A DNA stretch of 64,000 nt, taken from the NCBI GenBank assembly GCA_036172245.1, contig JAYWIR010000005.1, positions 5,518,001-5,582,000 of the forward strand, in the 5' to 3' direction. This stretch comes from Raillietiella orientalis. Its lineage: Eukaryota. Under the pieces are notes generated by a model. That model saw only the letters and a list, made by a program, of their open reading frames with translations, had not been told where the DNA came from and searched no databases. A program made the translations under genes and the position numbers. Of the stretch, positions 37,901 through 50,484 are shown in pieces (within the stretch, counting starts at the first letter, position 1; every line of letters starts with the position of its first letter).

Positions 37901-39663
37901 GGCAATGGGGTATGCAGAAATCTTATGGTTCGCGGTTGGCGTCCATCCATCCGTGGATTTTTCTACTTCGTGGACATTCGAGTCACGCTTAAAAGACAAG
38001 AACGCCATCTTAGGAATACTCTTAAGAAGTTTCTGTTAGCATTTGATAAGCTGACTATCCTGAACGAGTTTTTAAGGGAAGCAGAGATGGAAGTTTCTGT
38101 TGTCAATGGAGCAGAATGTGTGCTGGATGTGAAGCTGTTTCTGGAATTGATGAAAATTGAAACCGTTATACATCCATGCAGAAGAAATGGAATCAGCAAG
38201 CTTTCGTAGTTTTCAGCTGTTACTTTAATTTTTCCACGTTCGTTTCTTTAATGTATTAATGTTTCCACATAAGGTTTACATATGACGCGGAAGATACGTG
38301 TAACTGCTTTTCAAGTGTTTTGCGCTAAGGCTGCTCGTGTCTGTTTCAGAAAAGGGCTTAGAAATACTCAGCATTTCTACTATGTATCATAACCATGACA
38401 TTTCTCCTTATGGTGGTTTGCAATCCATAGTATTTGAAGAACGGTATTTGGTGACGTGACCACTGTTGATAATGCACATAATACAAATCACGCTTAATTT
38501 ATTAGAAGTGATGCACAGTACGCAGCCCCCCAAAATAATTTTCACGTCTTAGGCATTCATATAAGACAACACGGTGCGGAATCATCACTCAAGGAATGTA
38601 GTAATAAATTATAAAGTTTTCAGATTGTTGTGCAGTTTTAGGACAATATAAAATTTCTATACATGCATGTAATTAACTTCACCAAAGCAACTCGTATCCT
38701 AAAATGGAGTGATTTGTAAAAACTGTTTTCAAACTTAGCAATAGATGAACAATCGTCAAATGAGACTTATTAAATATTAAGCTAGAGGGATCCTGCATGC
38801 AAGTTAGAGATTTGTGCTCTATAGACAAGCAGGATATAACTCCAATTTTTCTTTCAATAAAACTTCAGAGAGCATTATTTTCATCAGTTAAACTATAAGC
38901 GTCGAATCCATAAACTTTATTGAACTTGAAGAAACTGATTGCCGTAAATGCACAATGCAGAGATAAAACTCGTCTAATCCAGCTTTGAGTTCACAAGAAA
39001 GAAAATGTTCCTAATTGATAGGGAGGTCTCCGAATAAAAACAACGTCCAGAACACATAGTCAATAAACCAAATATTTAATTTAAAATTTGGCCTCATTTC
39101 ATTGAAAAGTAAATGAAAATTCCATGACAGATGTTTTCAGCACAAATTGACTTGCAATTTGCTATATAATCTGTAATTCTATCCAATTTTAGACATGGTT
39201 GATCTAGATGTTAATTTGCTTACATAACGCCTATACATAAGTTACAACAAAGAGAAGAAAAACATTAATTTCAAAGCAGTTTAACTGTAAGGAGATGATC
39301 CACTGGCTTAAGAAAATCCTTCTTTAAATTCGCCTGATCATTCAAGTTAAATCTCAAAACATTATGTATAATAAATGCCACATTTTGAATGTAACTATTA
39401 TATTTGGCATAATTTTTTGATTCCAATCCATTGATGCATGTTTACCTAAACCTGTTATTAAAATATCAATTATGGATAAATTACCTGGAAGTCTTTATCT
39501 AAACCACACTTAAGAGTATGACGTTCAAATAAAATGAAGTTCAGACTACATAAATAAGTGAGTGGAATGAACCAGATCTCTTTTTATAACACAAATCAAA
39601 AGTTTATTTGATATAGGATGAACTTCACCAAGAGTGGAGTCGACTGAAAAATTCTACATATAA

Positions 39664-40572
39664 TCAATTATCTGGAAGTCCAGGAACTGGTTCTTCAGAT
39701 TTTTCTGAAGTCGAAGTTATGGCTTCCTGAGCAATAAGTCCACGTATGCTGAGATCATATATAATGACTTCAACACGGTGGACATCATATTTCAACCCAT
39801 CAAAGTGTCTGCGCAGCGAATCGTTTTTGAAATTGAATAATTTAAAATTCTGATTCAATAGGGTTAAAAACTTAGATACACGCACAGGCCAGTCATACAA
39901 CTGATATGCAGCACTGTTGACTGCAAAGCGACTCTAAAAAGTAAAAGATGACAATGATGCAAATGATGTACTTACTTACCAATTCATTTGCCATTTTCAA
40001 AAGACCATGCAAGTAATCTTCTAGGTCCAAATGAAATGAAGCATTGTTTTCTTCCCAACTAACTACTTAACAATGAAAGAACTTTTATTGTACTTGATAA
40101 ACTTCTTACTTCCTAATGCTGTTGCTACATCTAAACCTGTGGCAATTTGTTGATGTGACAGGTAATGAAGGAGGCAAACTAGGAAACTTAATTCCTGGGT
40201 CACATGTTTCCAATGATTATGAAAGTAATAATAAGAACTTGGATAAACTCTTTCTCTAAGAGTTTGAAATTTCAGTTTTACATCAGCAAATGAAGCTAAG
40301 GCTGCATCACACAACTCCTGCACTGCACATTCTACATAAGTTTTTAAATATTTCTCCACGACTCACTTCTCTTTGCTCCTCCTTTTGTATGAATTCCTTG
40401 CAAAATATTCTGAATTACCCTTGCCGATGTTTCTAAATCGTTAACGCAAGATTGGATACTCTATATTTGTAATTAATTGCTGAGTTTCTTTACCCATTAC
40501 CTCTATTTTATCATAAGTCAATTTCTGTTGCTGTGAATACTGATCAAACATTCTATGGATTTTTTCTTCCAT
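39664..40572 (-). CDS. TSN: Translin (C3PO subunit), about 243 aa, 5 coding exons
   Basis: Exons 40501-40572, 40367-40460, 40110-40322, 39980-40062 and 39664-39933; introns 40, 44, 47 and 46 nt, GT-AG. Motifs YYYFHNHWK, FHLDLEDYLHGLLKMANELSRFAVNS and KNDSLRRHFDGLKYDVHRVEVIIYDLSIRG. Minus-strand AATAAA at 39603-39608. Confidence 0.93.
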
Positions 40573-40676
40573 TTTTTTTATACAGTAAAGCTGTAATAAA
40601 AAGTAACGCAGATGCAACTAATTAATGGCCTGAAAAATATATACATTTCATAGGATGTATTCTATTGATGTACTCT

Positions 40677-40721
40677 ATTGAAGAAAACCTATCCGTTTTA
40701 AGCAGATAGGTTTTCTTCAAT
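40677..40721. repeat. Perfect 17-bp-stem hairpin in the probable 5'-UTR intron of translin
   Basis: ATTGAAGAAAACCTATC-cgttttaagca-GATAGGTTTTCTTCAAT, inside a candidate minus-strand intron 40591-40853. Confidence 0.9.
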
Positions 40722-40939
40722 TCCATATTTTGAAATTAATGGTACAAATTCGCTACTAAAATTCCAAGTGTAATAATAGCATCTCCAGATTTAATAAAAA
40801 TACAATGACATGAAAGAAAAGCCATATCATAACAGTGACTTAACGATTCTTACAAATCACTCATCACACATGCTTCCTCTGCTAAGAAGTTGAATTCAAA
40901 ATAGGTGGGCAATGCAAACGCAAACTGATGCAGACCGCA

Positions 40940-40947
40940 CCGGAAGT
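40940..40947. promoter_or_regulatory. ETS-like motif at the probable translin promoter
   Basis: CCGGAAGT just upstream of the candidate non-coding first exon (~40854-40930). Confidence 0.35.
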
Positions 40948-41589
40948 TTTGATTCTGTCAAAATAAAGTTCAGCAGCTCAAAACACAGCACAGACACCTC
41001 ATTAGTTTTACGATTTCCTGAATCCAGTTACCACCAAATGATAGTCAAGGGTTACTAGCAAACCCAACCTTTTAGAAAAATCCAATGCTTGCAGCAAAAT
41101 CATTTAAATTTAGACTTTATATTACTTCAAAACAGTTTACGTCTCATCAGCAATCTGATATTTTGATATCATCTAGTTTCAACAAAAGGCATTTCTGTTA
41201 TCCACCTAACTTGACATATTTTGTCAATTAGATGCTTTCCAATACTACTTCGACCGATAGGGGATCTGCAATAGGTCAAATTAACTGCAGTTTTGTATAG
41301 AAAGTTAAACTGGTACTGGAAAGTACTAAATCTACTTATAGATAATGAAACTGTGCAACTGAAATCGTTACAGATCCGAAATGTGCAGTATTGGTTGACC
41401 CAGAATTATAGAACTTTAAAAATTTGCAATAGTATTTAATTGATGTTCAGCTATAACAAAACAGAGAAGAATTGGCTCCACAGTATAAACTTGGCTTTTA
41501 AAGTTACGTAGAACGGGCAATCCAAAAAATTCTCCCCTAATACAACCTTCATCATTTTCCATTACACTGGACAAAACAAAACTAATGGA

Positions 41590-42262
41590 CAACCGCACCT
41601 CCCCCTGAAGCGGCAGCAGTCGGCGTTGTTGGTGCTGCACTGGGGTCTCCCATGCACGCCCGCCGTCACCACTGGACTTGGGTGTGTGGACCCCAACTGT
41701 GTCAGGTGCGGGGTACGGGAATCTCTCCCCCACCTGTTAGTGGTCTGTGTCGCCCTGCGGACCCTGTGGGAACGCTTTGCCGCTGCCCTGGGAACCCCGG
41801 AGGCAACTCCGGAAACACTTTAAAACTCCTCTTCGTTCGCGACGCCCTTCTGCCAGCGGCCTCCCTTGCAGCCTTGTGCTTCCTACGCGGGATCGTCGCA
41901 GCCTGGAGCAAAGCAACGGGAGGGTCCAGCGATAGAGATGCCATCCACTTCGCCGTCCAATTCATCAGAAGGGCGACGCGATGGCCCCACCTGGAAGTCA
42001 ACATTCAGTTAGACCTTGCCGACATCCTTGAGAGGATGGACCGGACTGACACCAGCAGACAGTGATCTCTTCCCGAAGCTCCCTCCCCACTGCTTTTTTT
42101 CTTTTTTTGTTTCCCTCCACCTGCTGCCGTGGTGGACCGCGCCGGTCTGCATACCGGTGACCCGGCAGGTCTCCTCTAAATTGGGAGTGGTTGGACCACC
42201 GGTCCGATGTACCATACATCCTGCATTAGGTTTGTGTAAAATAAACGCCCCGTCGAACCCGG
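41590..42262 (+). mobile_element. 5'-truncated L1/Tx1-clade retrotransposon end (zinc finger, C-terminus, 3' UTR)
   Basis: GC-rich island in AT-rich DNA. LLVLHWGLPC..PNCVRCGVRESLPHLLVVC..LWERF, then after a frameshift ..IRRATRWPHL..; AATAAA at 42240-42245. Homologous to 1880-2550. Confidence 0.8.
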
Positions 42263-42749
42263 GTGAAAATCACGCTGTCAAACGACAAACCTTATTTTAC
42301 TCCATTATGCACGGGTTTTTCTTAGTCAACAAATACATGAAAGTCCGGCAGAGTTAGTTCTCAAAGGTGACCGACCCTCCCTGTAGTTGTGTGGAATTTT
42401 TTCAGAAATAATAATTGCGAGGAGCTCAAGTCATAAAATCAAATTTTCAAGCATTCAGTGGACTTTGTCAGTTTTTCCCTCAACCAAGTACGTTTCAGAC
42501 GGATCAAATGGCGCCGGCCGTCCACAACAGCTTCCGTCGCAGTACCAGTAGCCAAGAGCAAGTTTCTGGAATTCTTGTGAGGCTGCAGAATTACACATTT
42601 TGTTTCCATTTTATTTGTTCCCTCGATTACTTCAGCAATCGTGACTTTAAGAATGCAAAACAGCAGCGCAGACGGATGAAACGATCGGGGTTTCCAGGAA
42701 AAAATTACGCAAAATACTGACCTTACATTGAAACCGTGCAGGGTGCAAT

Positions 42750-43100
42750 GTCTTTAACCAAAGCAGTGAAGACATTCTATTGATGTTTCTCAGAACACCA
42801 CAAGTGCCTCTTTAATGATATTGATAACGTAGACGGAAATGCTTGCCTACATTTCCAGTTGCATCCTGCCCTAGGAATCCCTCGTAATGCCTTCCTGTTA
42901 CCCAGTACAAACTCTAGGTGATGTTTTTTAAAGAGCAAAACTTTTAGTGTCCTTGAGAGCATTGCCGCCGTTTTTAATGCTGCTTGCGAAAATTCGTGCA
43001 GTTCAACAGAAATGCCTATCCAGAAATAATCCTTACAAACTTTATCTATGCAAACCTTAAAGGCTACATTCAGATTTCCTCATAGGGACTCAGTTTTCCA
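42750..43100 (-). mobile_element. Possible decayed hAT (Buster-like) transposase C-terminal fragment
   Basis: Minus-strand DYFWIGISVELHEFSQAAL resembles the hAT dimerisation motif (FW...E.P.L...AL), followed by a degenerate ..STLS...L.CSEKH tail. Frames are broken. Confidence 0.35.
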
Positions 43101-43425
43101 CAGTGGACTGCCTACTTTGTATTTGGTCTGACTCTGCAGCCCTTCCAGAAAGCTATTTTCAGAAGAGGCATTATCAAAACACGCCGATGAATTCCAGCTT
43201 TCTATGCTGGATAATAATAGGAAGACAGGAAAGTGGAATATTCTACGCAGGTCGTCTGTCCAATACGAGCATGACTATTCCTCTAATGTTGAAAATTCTG
43301 AATTAGTATTAACATTTTATGGAGGTTTAAGAGGACAGTGCGGCTAAGCTAAGTGACATAATACTTCGAAACATGCATCAGAAAAAAAAAAGACCAAATT
43401 CTTTTGAAGGATGAATAATTGTGAA

Positions 43426-43780
43426 GATGATGGAAATCCTTTCTCTTGTGTCCCCGCAGCTCTTTCACGCTGTTCCACGCCACTCGAGGGTGCGTGCAAT
43501 TCTTCAAGATAGGGGGCGCCCCGGGAGGGGTTCTCCCTATGAATCCAGGAATGGCTCGGAGTCCGTCCCCCTTACGCCTGGGGAGGGATCCCCGCAATGG
43601 AGATCACCTCCACCCTGGTTGTCTCCGAAGGTGAACGCCAAAGGGAATCTCCCCTTCCTTATTCTCTCCGGAGGGAGACCGCCGGTAGGATCAGCTCCAT
43701 TTTTTCTTCTTCGGAGGGAACCCTCAAGGGAACCGCTCCTGTTTACTCCTCCTCTGAAGAGTACCCCGAAGGGACGCTTC
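43426..43780 (+). repeat. Dispersed repeat family, copy B (may extend to ~44260)
   Basis: Colinear similarity to 20411-20815, including the TCYGRAGGGA-initiated subrepeats. Confidence 0.85.
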
Positions 43781-46699
43781 CGAAATTCAGAAGGATGCAG
43801 CTTGTCCAAAGGGATCAGCTCGCTTCTCTGTACTCTCTGGAGAAGTGGCTACACACCTTCTCCATCGGCACGACGTGGAGGGCCTCCCCGGAATGGGGGG
43901 TCGGCTCCTTTGCACAACCGAAGGGGAACTCCCACTCCTTGATTCCTGGAAGGACCCGAAGGTCGACTACCATTGTCCCGACCCTCGTCAGAGGCCTGCG
44001 GTGTCAACCGCTACCAGTGCCGCACCCGAATGAACGCAGGCCAACCAGCGTCACCTTGCGGGAGGAGCAGCTCGAACCCACGATGCACTGCCCGTCGATT
44101 CAGTTCGGAGTATTCGAATCCGCGACGCTTGGTGGTGCCACGCGCGGGGACCGCAGCAGCCACACCGCCTCCGACGCTGGAGCAAACAGCTCAAATTCCA
44201 GGAATCCACGAAAAAATCTCGTCAACAGACACACGATGAAACCGCTGCAACAAAAAATGAAATAATCAAAACTGCCTTCTTTCACACAGGACCTAATTTT
44301 ATTCATAATCACACTATGGACTCCAATTGGGGTGATAGGGGCACACGCTCAAAAGAGCGTTGCCCCTCGACTATTGCTACGTTGAGCGATTTTTTCCATC
44401 TCATGAGCTGGTTGTTTCCGCTTGCCACACTCAGGAAGGTGCAAAGCCGAAAAGCAACTGTGAGCGCTCAAAACGAACGTGAAAGCAAGGTAAATCCTAC
44501 GGTGTTTGCGGCTAAGTGACAACACCTTTGATTTCACAAACGTTCTATGCTGAAAAGCATGAAGGCGACTGCGTGGGCAGTGAATCTGACCGGAAAACGA
44601 AACCAGACAAAAGCAAGTTAATCAGAAAAAGGCTGCATTAAGGCATGAGAGTGCACCTTATATCTCAAGCAGTGCATCTTCGTGTTGATGCTATGAATTT
44701 CACACCAAATCTAACCCGGTGTACAATCGATTCCACCGACCGCTGTATATATCAACTCATGTATCGGTTGAGTACCATGCAGAAGCGATGTCGCCACATG
44801 TGAAAGCTCTCCCTTTGCCCTTAGGTACCCTGTAGTTTCCGATGAATCGCCGATTCATCCTGGGAACGCTTTCATCATTTTGAGTTTTCAGAGTGGTCGA
44901 GGTTTGACCACCAGTGAGACCATCCACACAAGTGCTGAAGAATAAGGTTCGAATTTCACAATTATGATAGCATTAGCCGAAGCTCGCAAGCACCAAGGGA
45001 GATGGCACGTAAGGTAAATTCACGAGCTCGGTTGCTGAACTGGAAAGCCATTAGGTGTATTGATCGACAAAAAAATAAAATAAAATGCGAAACAAGAAAA
45101 GAGCACAGCAGTGAAATCTGATATCTTAAGGATGAAACGTTTTTTTTTTTTTTTTTTAGTTCTACAAATTCCTGGAGCATACTGGATGGACGTGTTGTTT
45201 ACTTAAATGAAAAAGGGTACCAAGAAGATCGTTAAAAAAATATTCGATCGGCGGTGCTCAGGGGTGCCGTGTTTCCTCCATTCACTTGCGCGGTGGTGCT
45301 GCAACCAAAACCAGAAAAGAAAAAAAAAAGGGACATGCTGATGAGATCGACATTTTTTTTTTTTTTTTACTGCTTGTCTCGGATCTGCATTCCACTTTCT
45401 CCTTCGCTTGCTGAATAGCCTTGCAAATTTCACTTATTTAGGGGGCAATTCATCACCACTTTGTGCAGGCCCCCCAAATTAGGTTGACGTTCATTTGCTT
45501 GACCCTCGCAGCCCTTTAGTATTTGCTACACTTAAGCAGCACGCACTTCCAGTACGATTCCCAAGAGTCGACCACTGCTCACGGAAATCTTGTGCCACCT
45601 AAGAACTGTGCCACATTTTATGCACTCGTTTGCAGCACGAGAACGTTGTGCACAACGTTGAGCTTAATCGCCATTAGGGTGGGATAAAAGGAAAAAGAAC
45701 CCCCCTCCCCGATTCGGAGTTTTGGGAAAGATAAAATCTAAAACTTTTTATCTCGTTCAAGGGGCTAAACTTGTTCGAAGCTCTTTCTGTGTTCACGTAC
45801 TTTCACTGTAAATTCACTGATTAGAAGAGTTAATAAAGCGTGTGTAAGATTTTAGCTCACTACTGATAGAAACAAGCAAACGCAGAAGCACACCACACAT
45901 AAAACTTGGGTGGAATTTCAGGCCACGGAAAGGTTTTCACCAAGAAAAATTCTTTTAATCCTTCGGATTTGCAGATTGGAACAAAGCTAGGTTCATCTTA
46001 CATATGTGCTGGCTGATTCGTGGCCATCAAAGCAAGATGGATAGTTTATTGCCAGGGTTTCATACCACCGACATTACCATCACTGTTGATGACGTTTTCA
46101 TCAACGAAAACCTCACTGCCACAACCAAGTCTATGACCAGTAGAGATCACAGACAAAATGCCTGTTATCAGTAAAACTCTCAAGTCTGTCATTTGGGACC
46201 AAAAGGAATTCAAGTGGATAGTAAAACAACGTTGGGTTGATACAGTCATTGAAATTAAATTTTCCTTTTAAGGATCCGCCAGAAGTGGTTTCTTGAATGC
46301 AGCGCATGGATCCACCACTCGACCACGCAATGAAATGTTCGGCCCATTACAACAGCAATTCAGTTTTCCACGTCCACTACATAAAGCACGGTTTGCAACG
46401 AACATTTCTGAAAAGGCGCCGTGATGATTCAGCTCCATTACGTGGACGTCTTACACTTGGAGTTCGTTTCCACCTTTCATCTGAGTAGCACTTGAGCTTC
46501 TCAGAAGCGAACGATTGTGTACAAGAATACAAAGTCGGTTAATTCATACCGTACGCAGAATTGCCTTTCATCCCGAAAAGCTCCCAGATTACGAGGGCTT
46601 GTTTCAAGTGCAAAGCTGCGCAAAATCAGCCAGAAAGACAGAAACGGGAGAACGCTTAAATAGACAAAGCAAAGGAGATGCCATCTTGGGAAAGATGAT

Positions 46700-49600
46700 G
46701 GTACGCTATAATTACGAGGTAGCTGAATTTCGGTATTACTGAAAATAATGGGAGGTTACTCAACAGGAAAATAGCTTCCAGTGAATTCTTAATGTACGAT
46801 CACAAGCACTTCAAAGTTCCAGGGTTGGAATATGCAAGAGACTAAACCTGCACGGGTACGAGAGATGAAAAGTTTCATATACACAAGAACCATAGAAGAA
46901 ATAAAAATGCGAACCGTTCAAGTCGGACTAGCGAGCAAGGAGGATACGCGGAAGTGAAACCAACTTGTGAACCTCCAGCAGCAAAGAGGACCCACGACTT
47001 TCAATGGCAATCTATCAGTATAACAGTGGATCAAAAATGCAAGTATAATTTCTTACAAGACTAAACTGATTCACAGGATAGAAGAGGACGTATTGGTCGC
47101 ATTCACGACTAAGCGAGAATTTTGAATAACCGTTAAGCAAGGGCGACTTCAAAACTTCCACATATCAATCTAAAAGTCCAACTGAATTCCGAATTTAGTT
47201 CACAAACATATTCCACTTACTGTCAAGAATACTACTTTTCGTGTTCAAAGCAAACAGTTTTTACACCGGAATTACCAATTATCATCGATATTGCTGACCA
47301 GCGTCAACGTTTCTTAATTAAAATACATTCATCATTTTCAAAGGTTGGCTACACTACATGGTCAATCTTGACAATGGATAACTGTTATTATCCCCCTGCA
47401 CATCTGATACTTGATCTAAGACGTACACTTCGTTGGCTGACAGTCAGCATCCTCATATTCTTAATGATGCATTAAAAAGTAATATGTACACCAGGGCTTT
47501 CCTTATTTTCGACTTTAAACATTAGTAGTTTGCGATGGTAATCACGTCGATTTTAATAGGTTTGCATCATATTACACAAAGTGAGGCATTTAGGGAGGAA
47601 AATTGCTTTCAAATCCCTTTATGGATAATTAAGTACCACTTTTTAGTACTGAATGAGATATGGTTACTTCCAAGTCATTCAAGGCACTCATAGAACATTT
47701 CATGAAATCTTTTTTAGCATATAATAGCTTAAAAAACATCATATTTCCAGAAAGTGATTAATATAACTGAGCCACACAAAATGCCAATTCATTCATATGA
47801 TACTGTAAGCTCATCACTGGTAGCATCATGGAATTAAGTTGAGGTCTTTAAGTACAGCAGGAATCTTAGAATCAAAATGAAGCATGTTATATATGCAGTA
47901 ATACAACCACCTTCAGGTTAATAAAAACTTAAAATCCTATAAAAAATGGCATGGGCAAGAAGGATACAAGAATGCTGTTAAAAGATTATAAAATCTGCTT
48001 GCTGATTCATAATGAACTAATGATAGTCACACTTAAAAAGAGCATAATAAGAACAGATTTAACCAGAGAAGCAAAGCATGCATGATAGAACCATGACAAT
48101 ATACCTCAATTTCAGACAATGAAACGTCAGCAATCCATATGACATACATCATAATTCTAATTTACTTTGAAGATTTACTTCATATATGAGAAAGAACAAC
48201 AACTAATTATGTAACATGTAGATATTACATGCAAACACTTTATAATCTCCCACAACCAAATAAATACGAACACTAACAACTGATTAACAGTATTTTAGTA
48301 AACTTTATTTATGTTTAAGAACTCTGTTTTAGCTTTTGGGTGAATTCGACATACAAAACGTGATAATAAAAAGAATAACCGTCAGTTTAATCTGATGAAA
48401 TGATTTTCATGCAATAGTTGGCAGCTGCATATTATTTTTCTTCAGAAAATACACTTTTTCACTGAAGATGGTTTATCATCACTCTAAGCTGTTCTAACCT
48501 GGTAAACTGCATCCCATCACTAATCAATATATCAAGGAAATTCACATGCTTGCACTCACAATAAGATCTACATCTGAATGAACGAAAAACCGACTACAGC
48601 AGCATTCCTATGGATTCAAGCAGTAGTGTCTTAAGCTAGTGAGGTCAACAACAACTGGACTGAATAAGAACACAGATACATGATATACATGAACTGAAAA
48701 GTTACTGGAAGTAGACATAAAACAAGAACTGACAATGCTGGAAAAGCGACAGATTACACCACAATTATTATGTTGCACTAAATATATTCTGCATTTGTAA
48801 TATATCAGATAAGGAACTTCTTAGTTGCTTTTGGTATACCTTCAAATGATCACTCATATTTCCAGCCCCATTACTGATAGCTGCTTCACTAATCACATGC
48901 TGTTATAAGCTTAATAAATGAAACAGTTTTGCTCACATCGCAGCAAAAGTTAGCATCAATGAGAAGATAAGAAACAAAAGGTAAATGGCGTATAGATTCT
49001 CAACTGAATGAAAAATGTCCTCAGTCCAGTTATTCTTGTTTAATAGCATTTATTAAAAAATTAATTAGATTTAACAACCTCATTTTAATGGTTGAGAAAT
49101 TGTACATTCTGTTTTTCTTTTTAATGTAGAATGTTTTACACACATGAGTATATCATAGAACTCATTGTTGATGCAACATTTAAAGTTACTCGTGAATCCA
49201 AGACTACTGCTAAAATTTCGATTAATCAGTACATTCATCCTTTATTCTCATTTGTTCATGCACATATCAAAATCTTGTTAGTTTTTAATCCGATTGTTAA
49301 ATTTTGTACATGGAACAATTGTATATGTCCACAATATCATGTAGATTAAAAAAATTGAATCAAGAGACGTTAGCAATCTCTTTATAATTAAAAACGCTGT
49401 TCGTAAATAGCTACAAAACAGTTCCAGATCCCGTACGTTAATGGAAATCATGCTAAAAGACCTTCCAACAAAAATCTTTTCCTAATTACTACTACTACAT
49501 CTATTACAGAAAAATTCTACATGATTGTATTATCAAGAGATCTTTCAAGCATACACATAATAACTCTGCTAAACTAATGCTAGACCAGAATGTGAATACA

Positions 49601-50200
49601 ATGAGAGCTCAATCATGTTCTCAGCATTTAGCAGGATGTTAACAAGAGCACTTTGTCCAGAACTGAGGTTTCGACTCCTTTCTTTCACATGTCCTTTATC
49701 CCAATCGATGAACTCGGTAAGCATGAAAGGTTGAAAATCATCGAGCAGGGTTGCTTTTTTTACATATCATCCGGCTATAAATTTAAATAAATGGAATATA
49801 TCATCCACCCCAAAATTACACCCAGAAATCGCTTCCAAAGTACATGAATTTGAAAAACAACACACTCTTGTAACATACGTAATTCCAAAATAATAATATT
49901 TTGAGCAGTGGCGCTCTCCACAACTTCTACGACATGTGTGATTGTTGTTGTCCCAACACTGACTACCTTCTAAAAAGCGTTTTTTTTTTTTTTTGTTTTT
50001 TTTTTTGTTTTTTTTTTTTGCAAAATCACAAATTTCACCATCAGGACGGTCACTTCAGGAATTACAATATACAAAACCGATGCCAGGACAATGCTGAAAA
50101 CCCACTACATCCACCACCACCTCGCACGTCCACAACCCCTTCCAGTGGATTACACTACGCCTCACATCACCGGAACTATTACCGCAAATCCCCTTCCATC
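46700..50200 (-). ncRNA. Candidate multi-exon long non-coding transcript divergent from E(Pc) (boundaries approximate)
   Basis: Series of minus-strand GT..AG introns: 49775-49878, 49411-49461, 48789-48839, 48499-48559, 47170-47220, 47012-47056 and 46848-46914. Most match the short size seen in neighbouring genes. Exon 47057-47169 has stops in all three frames. Confidence 0.45.
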
Positions 50201-50484
50201 CAACGTATGCATTCGGCTAGGAAGATGTCATGACGGGCGTTTCTTTGCGGAGTAATATCTCGTGGAGTTGTTACTGGATCCGCCATGATGGATGTATCTT
50301 CGCAATGTGTTTGAAAGTCGAATTTCTAATCGTTTCTTTATATACACAGTGGTGAAACGAATATTCAAAATGGAAAAAAACTGAAAGTGATCATTAAGTG
50401 GCTGTTTTGGGGATTACGCCCCTCAACACTCTATAGTGATGAGTTTAGTGATTTGGTGTAGATTTCTTTGATCGAAAATTGAAG

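Noticed and set aside
37393..38209. ORFs 37393..37725 and 37859..38209
   Set aside because: Non-ATG starts, no recognisable homology and no supporting splice structure.
39664..40572. Functional link between translin (RNAi/C3PO) and the neighbouring dsRNA-prone palindrome
   Set aside because: Proximity only. Translin lies outside the duplication and eukaryotic adjacency does not imply a shared system.
44880..44960. tRNA or tRNA-derived SINE suggested by GGTTCGAAT
   Set aside because: No cloverleaf and no convincing A box at the right spacing.
47745..48485. C/D snoRNAs suggested by minus-strand GTGATGA boxes at 47811-47817 and 48476-48482
   Set aside because: The first lacks a properly placed CTGA D box. 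The second lacks a terminal stem and any rRNA/snRNA antisense element I can recognise.
49569..49774. In-frame TGA ahead of the small ORF as selenocysteine
   Set aside because: No selenoprotein motif and no SECIS that I can identify.
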